In this document: piece after piece, positions 37,586-45,398 of the stretch
Position numbering within the stretch: position 1 is the first letter of the stretch
Layout of the letters: each line of letters opens with the position of its first letter
Notes under the pieces: generated by a model
The model's input: only the letters and a program-made list of their open reading frames with translations
The model's database searches: none
Told to the model about the DNA's origin: nothing
From: an uncultured Acidobacteriaceae bacterium
Lineage (GTDB): Bacteria > Acidobacteriota > Terriglobia > Terriglobales > Acidobacteriaceae
Direction of reading: 5' to 3'
Length of the DNA: 64,000 bases
Assembly (NCBI GenBank): GCA_963770525.1
Contig: CAVYPY010000003.1
Span: forward strand, 445,129 to 509,128
Position numbers and translations under genes: made by a program

Positions 37586-39643
37586 ATGGGCAATTCCACC
37601 AGCGGCCCCACGCGCCGTACCTTCCTCCGCGGACTCACCGCCGCCGCCGCTGCCTCCACGGCACCCGCCTGGCTCGCCCGCACCGCCGCCGCCGCGCCCC
37701 TCACCAACACCCGCCCACAACCGGCCATCAAAGATCGAGCCCCGCTCACCTCCGGCGCCTTCTTCTTCCTGCCGCTCGGGTCCATCCGCCCCCGCGGCTG
37801 GCTCCTCGACCAGCTCCGCATCCAGGCCTCCGGCCTCTCCGGCCACCTCTACGAAATCTGGCCCGACGTCGGCCCCAACTCCGGCTGGCTCGGCGGCACC
37901 GGCGAAAGCTGGGAGCGCGGCCCCTACTACCTCGACGGTCTGCTGCCGCTCGCCTGGCTCGTCAACGATCCCCGCCTTCAGGCGCTCGCCCAGCGTTTCG
38001 TTGACTGGACCCTCGACCATCCCTGGCCCAGCGGCATGATCGGCCCCACGAAAAACAGCGACTGGTGGCCGCGCATCGTCATGCTCAAAGCCCTCACCCA
38101 ATACCAGGAGCTCACCGGCGACCCCCGCGTCCTTCCGCTCATGGACCGCTACTTCCGCTACCAGCTCGCCACGCTGCCCTCGCGACCGCTCCGCGACTGG
38201 GGCAAATTCCGCTGGCAGGACAACGTCCTCTCCGTCCTCTGGCTCTACAACCGCACCGGCTCGCCCTATCTCCTGGACCTCGCCCGCCTGCTCCATCAGC
38301 AGGGCTACGACTGGATCGCCGACGCCGAGCACTTCCAGTACACGCACGCCATGACCCAGGCCGAGCTGAAGCTCTCTTACGGACAGGGACTCGACGGCCT
38401 CGCCCTCGCCACCCACGGCGTCAACAACGGACAGGCCCTCAAGACCGGCGCCGTCTGGTCGCTCGTCTCCGGATCGCCGACCGATCGCGCCGCCTCCGCG
38501 CAGATGCTCGCCGACCTGACCCAATATCACGGCCTGCCCAACGGCATGTTCTCCTGCGACGAGCATCTCGCCGGACGCGATCCCTCGCACGGATCAGAAC
38601 TCTGCACCGTCGTCGAGAGCATGTTCTCGCTCGAACGCGCGCTCGCCATCACCGGCTCGGCCGCGCTCGGCGACCGGCTGGAGAAGCTGGCCTTCAACGC
38701 GCTGCCTGGCACGCTCACGGACGATATGTGGGCGCACCAATATAACCAGGAGCCCAATCAGATCGAGTGCAGCCTGCACCAGAAACCCTGGGTTTCCGAC
38801 GGCCCCGAGTCGAACCTCTTCGGCCTCGCGCCCAACTTCGGCTGCTGCACCGCGAACTTCCATCAGGGTTGGCCCAAGTTCGCCAACAGCCTCTGGATGC
38901 TCTCCGGCGCACCCGACCACGCCCGCGAAGACGGATTAGTCGCTGCCGCGTACGCGCCGTGCGAGGTCACAACGCTCGTCCGCGGAACCACCGTCACCGT
39001 GACTGAAGAAACCGGCTATCCGTTTCGCGGTGCCGTTTCATTGACGGTCAATCCGGAAAAGCCGCTGGCATTTCCGCTGCAGCTCCGTATTCCGGAGTGG
39101 GCCAGCGGAACCACGATTCGCATCAACGGCCAGAGCGTCGGCGAAATTCAGCCCGGCACTTTCCCCCGCGTCGAGCGGACGTGGAAACCTGGCGATCGCG
39201 TCGAGATCGACTTCCCGATGCACCTGCGCACTTCACGCTGGTTTAACCAGGCGGTCGCGGTCGAACGCGGGCCTCTGGTCTTCTCGCTCCAGGTTGGAGA
39301 AGACTGGGTCAAGCTGCAGCAGCACGGCGAGAAGTCCGCGGACTGGCAGGTTTTCCCGACCCACGAGTGGAATTACGCACTGGCCATCGATCCGGCACGT
39401 CCCGAAACGGATCTGGCGGTGACCGAAACCCCGATTGGCTCAGTTCCCTTTTCGGCAAAGGACACCGGAGTTCGCATCGCCGCCCGTGGACGCCAGGTCA
39501 CATCCTGGGTCGCCGACGATGGAGCAGCGAATCCGCTGCCGGAAAGCCCGGTTGCCAGCGAATCTCCGGAAGAGCGGCTGACGCTGTTGCCTTACGCGGC
39601 AGCAAAGCTGCGGATCACGGCGTTTCCGGTGCTCAAAAGCTAG
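37586..39643 (+). CDS. Glycoside hydrolase family 127 (DUF1680, beta-L-arabinofuranosidase-like) with a Tat signal
   Basis: Twin-arginine motif TRRTFLRGL. SELCTVVE and FGCCTANFHQGWPKF match the Cys/Zn site motifs of GH127. Confidence 0.8.
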   Translation: MGNSTSGPTRRTFLRGLTAAAAASTAPAWLARTAAAAPLTNTRPQPAIKDRAPLTSGAFFFLPLGSIRPRGWLLDQLRIQASGLSGHLYEIWPDVGPNSGWLGGTGESWERGPYYLDGLLPLAWLVNDPRLQALAQRFVDWTLDHPWPSGMIGPTKNSDWWPRIVMLKALTQYQELTGDPRVLPLMDRYFRYQLATLPSRPLRDWGKFRWQDNVLSVLWLYNRTGSPYLLDLARLLHQQGYDWIADAEHFQYTHAMTQAELKLSYGQGLDGLALATHGVNNGQALKTGAVWSLVSGSPTDRAASAQMLADLTQYHGLPNGMFSCDEHLAGRDPSHGSELCTVVESMFSLERALAITGSAALGDRLEKLAFNALPGTLTDDMWAHQYNQEPNQIECSLHQKPWVSDGPESNLFGLAPNFGCCTANFHQGWPKFANSLWMLSGAPDHAREDGLVAAAYAPCEVTTLVRGTTVTVTEETGYPFRGAVSLTVNPEKPLAFPLQLRIPEWASGTTIRINGQSVGEIQPGTFPRVERTWKPGDRVEIDFPMHLRTSRWFNQAVAVERGPLVFSLQVGEDWVKLQQHGEKSADWQVFPTHEWNYALAIDPARPETDLAVTETPIGSVPFSAKDTGVRIAARGRQVTSWVADDGAANPLPESPVASESPEERLTLLPYAAAKLRITAFPVLKS

Positions 39644-39664
39644 GTAGGGGTACCCCCTGGTAGT

Positions 39665-39733
39665 GCCAAATCACAAGTTGCTGATTTGGCAGCACATGGA
39701 AGGTAATACCCTGAGGGTATTACCTTCTTTTTC
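39665..39733 (+). terminator. Two tandem hairpins after GH127; the second is a rho-independent terminator
   Basis: First hairpin: GCCAAATCA-N8-TGATTTGGC (39665-39690). Second hairpin: AAGGTAATACCC-TGA-GGGTATTACCTT followed by CTTTTTCC (39700-39733). Confidence 0.75.
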
Positions 39734-39975
39734 CGGCTGGGCCTTGTTTCGGGCCGGAGCCGGTGAGCGAGAAAGCGAGCGGTCGTCTCAAAGAGCGCGG
39801 CGCTCCACCTGAGTGGAGCGGCAAAGGAAAAGCCCTGTTCGCGTTGCGGACAGGGCTTTCCCTGCTTCCAGTTTGGAATGCGGGGCGGTTGAGTGCAAGG
39901 GGAATCGCGCGGTGAGAGGGTACGAAGGTACCGCGGGGAGTGAGTCCGCTGCGCTCGTCCCGAGCTGCGCGGACG

Positions 39976-40044
39976 GCCTGCGGCAGCAAGGAAGCGCGCT
40001 GCGCGCGGTCTTTTCGGCACGACTGAAGTCATGCCCTGATACAA
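39976..40044. repeat. Left arm of a long inverted repeat flanking the tandem array (includes a REP-like hairpin)
   Basis: 39976-39994 (GCCTGCGGCAGCAAGGAAG) is the perfect reverse complement of 40421-40439. 40013-40044 matches the reverse complement of 40370-40401 at 31/32 positions. Confidence 0.85.
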
Positions 40045-40070
40045 AACCTCAGGGGCTGAAGCCAGGGACC

Positions 40071-40370
40071 TGTATCAGGGCATGGGTCTTGTATCAGGTC
40101 ATGGGTCTTGTATCAGGGCATGGGACTTGTATCAGGTCATGGGTCCTGTATCAGGGCATGGGTCTTGTATCAGGCATGGGTCCTGTATCAGGGCATGGGA
40201 CTTGTATCAGGTCATGGGTCCTGTATCAGGTCATGGGTCTTGTATCAGGCATGGGTCCTGTATCAGGGCATGGGTCCTGTATCAGGGCATGGGACTTGTA
40301 TCAGGGCATGGGACTTGTATCAGGTCATGGGTCTTGTATCAGGCATGGGTCTTGTATCAGGCATGGCTCT
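40071..40370. repeat. Tandem array of 16 units of 18-19 bp, TGTATCAGG(G/T/-)CATGG(G/C)(T/A)C(T/C)
   Basis: Units counted by hand start at 40071, 40090, 40109, 40128, 40147, 40166, 40184, 40203, 40222, 40241, 40259, 40278, 40297, 40316, 40335 and 40353. Twelve are 19 bp and four are 18 bp. Confidence 0.95.
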
Positions 40371-40439
40371 TGTATCAGGGCACGACTTCAGTCGTGCCGA
40401 ATAAGTGCGCCGACAGGTACCTTCCTTGCTGCCGCAGGC
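40370..40439. repeat. Right arm of the inverted repeat (REP-like hairpin GGCACGAC-TTCA-GTCGTGCC plus the outer 19-mer)
   Basis: See the left arm. The spacer segments between the inner and outer blocks (18 and 19 nt) are unrelated. Confidence 0.85.
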
Positions 40440-40517
40440 TCTCGGCGCAGGTGCGCAGCACCGCAGCCGAGTCGTTGAATCGGCCGATTGCCTCAAAGCA
40501 GGCCTGATCCGCTGTCG

Positions 40518-41060
40518 CTAGCGGCTGTTTTCCCCGTGCCAGTCGATGTGGACGCCGCGGGCGGAGATGGTGATGGAGGGCGGGCGCTGGCGGGTGAGGA
40601 GATGGATGGTCTGGAATCCGCCGGTGAGGGCGAGGAGGGCTCCGCTGCCGACGAGGAGGCCGAGTTTGGAGGTGGGGTCGGGGTCGAGGACGGCGGCGAT
40701 GATGAGGCCGGCGCCGAAAACCGTCATCCCCGCCGAAACGGAGACGGCGGTCCACTCGCGGCGGGAGAGGCGGCCGGAGAGGCCCATCTGCAGGAGCGAG
40801 TGGCGGGCGGGGTCGATGCCAGCGCCAGCGTCGTCGATGAGGTCGACCTGGGCGTGGTGGCGGTAGGCCTCGGTGAGGCGGGCGAGCCAGTCTTTTTCGG
40901 AGGTTCGGATGGTTAGGGGCGGGGCCGGGCTGGATTGCAAGTCGGGCTTCGACTCGTGGCGGGGGGGCAGGACGATCTCGGTTGGCCCGGTGGAGCGATA
41001 GGCCTTCATCGCATTCAGGCCGGCCTGAAAGGCCTGGCGGATCCTAGCCATGTGAAACAC
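40518..41060 (-). CDS. Hypothetical membrane protein (soluble N-terminal half, two C-terminal TM helices)
   Basis: 180-aa ORF. Either the GTG at 41060 or the ATG at 41051 could be the start. It overlaps the XRE gene's stop by 17 or 8 nt. TM segments: VSAGMTVFGAGLIIAAVL and LGLLVGSGALLALTGGF. Confidence 0.55.
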   Translation of the reverse strand: MFHMARIRQAFQAGLNAMKAYRSTGPTEIVLPPRHESKPDLQSSPAPPLTIRTSEKDWLARLTEAYRHHAQVDLIDDAGAGIDPARHSLLQMGLSGRLSRREWTAVSVSAGMTVFGAGLIIAAVLDPDPTSKLGLLVGSGALLALTGGFQTIHLLTRQRPPSITISARGVHIDWHGENSR

Positions 41061-41367
41061 GCTCCAGCCGCTGCAGGGTATCAGGGTAATGACGCACCAG
41101 CAGGATCAGCGCTGCGGCCTGGGGATTGGGTTTGGAACGGCCCTGTTCCCATTTTTCGAGTGTGCGCTCGTTAATGCGCAGGCGGCGAGCAAAGACGGCA
41201 CGGGAGCAGCGCAGCCTGGCACGCGTGTCGCGAATGAAGGCCGAATCCAGTTCGGGGAGCGGCGCGGGATCGAAGCGATACGAGCGCAGCGTGATTTTCC
41301 CCTCGCGATGTGCCTTCATCGCCTCGACGCCTTCCATGAGTTCGTTGAAGAGACTGCGCTTCGCCAT
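41044..41367 (-). CDS. XRE-family HTH protein, antitoxin-like (COG2944/HigA2-like architecture)
   Basis: 107 aa. C-terminal HTH reads SRAVFARRLRINERTLEKWEQGRSKPNPQAAALI. GGAGG lies upstream of the ATG. Confidence 0.75.
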   Translation of the reverse strand: MAKRSLFNELMEGVEAMKAHREGKITLRSYRFDPAPLPELDSAFIRDTRARLRCSRAVFARRLRINERTLEKWEQGRSKPNPQAAALILLVRHYPDTLQRLERVSHG

Positions 41368-41520
41368 AACTACCTCCTCGGCGGACGTCGTGCGACCCGC
41401 ATTGCTGTCTCCATGTCGACCGCTGCTTTCAGTGCGCTTTTTTGTGCAGGGCTCAGATCGTCCATTTCGCTCTTCCCTTACAGCGTCATCAGCCAGATTT
41501 GCCGATTCAGGAGGATTGCT

Positions 41521-42300
41521 TCATTCGCTGCTTATCACAACACGTTCCTTCCGCGACCATTCCTTATAGGTGCTATTGCAGTAAGGATGAGTAAGCACCG
41601 CGTTGTCCTCCGAGCCAAGGCCTCCATGCCTTTTGTCAACGACATGGTCCAGGTTCATGGAATTCTTGTGTAGGCGTGCTCTACATATTCCGCACCGCAT
41701 CGCCGTCTTTAGAGCTTGAGTCAAAAACACTGCCGACTTTCTCTCGGTAGTAAAGTCCGGATTCGTCCCCTTGTCGAAGTCGATGATCGGCTTTAGAAAT
41801 CCCATTGTCTCTTCTTCGACCAGTTTCGGGATGATTTCTTCCTCGTTCTTGCCTTGCCGGATTCCATCAAAAACGTGCCTGAAGAGACGGGAGACGCCAG
41901 TCAGGCTCCTTTGCCCCGCACCGAGTTTCCTGACAATTTGATTGATGAGGTACTTATGCCTGACAAGCAGTTCCTCAAAATCGTGCCGAAACTGCGTAAA
42001 AACGTTTAGTTCGTCAGACCTCTCAAGGTCCAAGGCGAGGCGAACGGCAGCTAGAAATGCGGTTGGTTGATAGTTACCTGTTGCGCTGTAGAAGTAGACC
42101 GCAGGATGCAGCCCCAGAGACTGCGGCTTTATTCCCGCGATTCTGGAGGACGCGTTGCGGACGTTTTCGAGAAACTGAATTGTCTTTGACCCATCGGTGT
42201 CCTCTTGCATTGTGGGCGCAAGAATGTCAGTCTTTCCCCTGCGCCTTTTCACAGCTGGGCCTGCCGTGGGAATGGGATTCACAAATTCGACAAAATCTAG
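41521..42300 (-). pseudogene. C-terminal fragment (HNH nuclease part) of an IS-disrupted ParB/DGQHR-fold + HNH gene
   Basis: HNH motif CGICRARLHKNSMNLDHVVDKRHGGLGSEDNAVLTHPYCN. Its frame continues in phase with the N-terminal fragment once the IS and one CTAG copy are removed. Confidence 0.8.
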
Positions 42301-43200
42301 AGGCTGTTATTAAGTTTGAGTAAGCATTTTGAAGAGGGTGGCGAGCATGAGGCAGGCGCAGGCGAGAAAGTGGAAGGCACCGAGAGTGGTAGCCAGGCGT
42401 TCGTAATCGCGGGCCAGGCGGCGGAAGCGGGCAGCCCAGGCAAAGCTTCTCTCCACCACCCAGCGGCGCGGCAGCAGAACAAAGCCTCGTTTGGCCTGAG
42501 TATGTTTCACCACTTCCAGGGCGATTCCGTGCTGTTCGGCGGCCTCGGCCGCAGCTTCGCCGGTATAGCCCTGATCCACGTAGGCGAGTTCGACGTGCTC
42601 ACCGGTGATCTGCTGCACCTGCCGGGACAGCTCGCCGACCTGGGCGCGATCCTGTTCGTTGGCCGGAGTCACATGCAGGGCCAGCAGATGCCCCAGCGTA
42701 TCCACAGCGGCGTGTACTTTGGAGCCTTTGCGCCGTTTGGCTCCGTCATAGCCGGCTCGCGCACCCGATTCCGGTGTCGACTGCAGCGTGCGGCTGTCGA
42801 GAATCATCGCTGTGGGCTGCGCTTTGCGCCCGGCAAACTCGCGCAGCAGCATGCGCAGGTCTTCCACCATCGTCTCGAAGCAACGGGCGCGGATCCAGCG
42901 CTGCACCTGCTGATACACGACCTCCCACGGCGGCAGATCGTTGGGCAGATAACGCCACTGGCAGCCGGTCCGCACCACATAGCGCAATCCGTTGAAGACG
43001 TCGCGGAGCGGGTACTCGCGCTGCTCGGCGTCCTCCCGGCAGAGGGCCAGGTAGGGCGCCACCATCGCCCACTCCTCATCCGTCACATCGCTCGGATACC
43101 CCTGTCGCTCACGCCGTCCCACAACCCCAGGATGCACGACAGAAAGCCAAATCGCTCATCTGTTTCAAAACACAGGAACAAACTTAATAACAGCCTCTAG
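42297..43200 (-). mobile_element. IS5-family insertion sequence (904 bp including both CTAG ends)
   Basis: Perfect 22-bp terminal inverted repeats: CTAGAGGCTGTTATTAAGTTTG (42297-42318) and CAAACTTAATAACAGCCTCTAG (43179-43200). CTAG at both ends can be read as a 4-bp target duplication. There is a single transposase ORF inside. Confidence 0.9.
42310..43137 (-). CDS. IS5-family DDE transposase
   Basis: 275 aa. The stretch [16 protein letters not shown]...[31 protein letters not shown] (DUF4096-type N-terminus) is followed by a DDE_Tnp_1-like region ([10 protein letters not shown]...YVDQGYTG...[10 protein letters not shown]). Confidence 0.9.
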   Translation of the reverse strand: MHPGVVGRRERQGYPSDVTDEEWAMVAPYLALCREDAEQREYPLRDVFNGLRYVVRTGCQWRYLPNDLPPWEVVYQQVQRWIRARCFETMVEDLRMLLREFAGRKAQPTAMILDSRTLQSTPESGARAGYDGAKRRKGSKVHAAVDTLGHLLALHVTPANEQDRAQVGELSRQVQQITGEHVELAYVDQGYTGEAAAEAAEQHGIALEVVKHTQAKRGFVLLPRRWVVERSFAWAARFRRLARDYERLATTLGAFHFLACACLMLATLFKMLTQT

Positions 43201-44049
43201 AATGAGTTTCATCGTCTCTGCCGAATAGCCGCGGCCAGCTACGGGCAAATCGAGCGTCTTTATCGGGGTTTCTAACGGAGGCACAAAGAGGTCTGCGTAG
43301 ACATCCTTCGCCAACAACTTGATTTGACCGTTCGTTAGATCGGAGAAAGATGGCGGGGAGTATCGTCCGGTTCCAGCCCCAACGAGTGCGCGTGTCGCTA
43401 TTGCATTGGCACTCTTCCGGTCTCTAATTAAGCGCACTTCCAAGTCGCCAATCGGGGTTTGCTCAGTATTGATCGTGTGGAATGATCTCTCCGCGCGTGA
43501 CGCATCGCCGCGAACCCACTGCAACGTGATTCCGCCAGCCGCCAGATTGCTCGCGAATCGAGCACGTTCCGGGGTCAAATTGGCACCATGCTTGATGTCG
43601 TTATATGACCCGATTTTCGTTGCGACTAGCTTTCGCGCCTCAAGCGCGGCGGCTTTCTGTTCCGGGGGTATCGAACCTTCAAAAAATCCCAGCGAAATTC
43701 CGCCGTCTCCATAGTCATCGTGCACCCACGCAACCAGCGCACTGAGGCGATGTGCTCCATCAATTACGAATATTCCGCTTGCATCGGATTGCCAAAGAAT
43801 CAGGGCGGGGATGAGGTCGCCAGATACGAAACTCTCGATGAAGCCTGCTACCTTCGTCGGGGACCAATGCGCCGTCGTCCTCTGAAAATCAGGCTTTCTG
43901 AGCCACCTGAACATGAGACTCGTAGGCTCAATCTCTATGATTTTCATTCGATCCGCTTCATCCAGTGGATGTGACTTCTGCGGGTCAATGTTTACGGTGA
44001 AATCCTCTCTGCGGATCAGCGCGTCGAGGTTGACCATGTGCGTGGGCAC
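43197..44049 (-). pseudogene. N-terminal fragment (ParB/sulfiredoxin-fold, DGQHR-type domain) of the IS-disrupted nuclease gene
   Basis: Sequence: LRKPDFQRTTAHWSPTKVAGFIESFVSGDLIPALILWQSDASGIFVIDGAHRLSAL. The track ORF extends to 43165, but its last 10 residues (EAVIKFVPVF) are encoded by the IS end. Confidence 0.8.
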
Positions 44050-44143
44050 GGATCGAATTCCTCCTAGTGGGAAGCTTTAATCATAGCCCCCCGAATCCCT
44101 CGAATCTCTTGCCCTTGTCGCGGACCCTTATTCCTTCGCTACC

Positions 44144-45302
<1,159 letters not shown>

Positions 45303-45322
45303 TCTTAAAGTCTAGCTAAAAA

Positions 45323-45381
45323 GCGGGCAGCGGGTGAAGCGGGCAGCGGGTGAAGCGGGCAGCGGGTGAAGCGGGCAGCGG
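45323..45381. repeat. 16-bp tandem repeat GCGGGCAGCGGGTGAA x3.7 between lnt and prfB
   Basis: There are three perfect units (45323-45338, 45339-45354, 45355-45370) and a partial fourth. Confidence 0.95.
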
Positions 45382-45398
45382 AAGAACTGTCAGCGAGG

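Noticed and set aside
30443-38590. - strand ORFs 30443..31516, 31595..32362, 32399..33709, 34832..36496 and 37583..38590.
   Set aside because: Each is antisense to a + strand gene with clear motifs (ABC-F, phosphoesterase, GH3, GH127), and all have Gly/Asp/Val/Ala-rich mirror composition.
40071-40370. Possibility that the repeat array is a CRISPR locus.
   Set aside because: The repeats are directly abutting with no spacers, the units are only 18-19 bp, and there are no cas genes in the window.
39813-40507. Three overlapping + strand ORFs (221, 141 and 98 aa) reading through the tandem array, with repetitive MGLVSGHGSCIRAWVLYQ-type sequence.
   Set aside because: They exist only because the 18/19-bp unit has no forward stop codon. 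The mixed unit lengths shift the frame repeatedly. All three frames cannot be coding, and none has a start context.
39640-40755. - strand ORFs 39640..40044 (134 aa) and 40375..40755 (126 aa).
   Set aside because: They have Arg/Pro-rich composition and overlap terminator hairpins and repeat arms or the membrane-protein gene. There is no coding signal.
43165-43196. Last 10 codons of ORF 43165..44049.
   Set aside because: They are encoded by the terminal inverted repeat of the IS (EAVIKFVPVF plus stop), not by the original gene.
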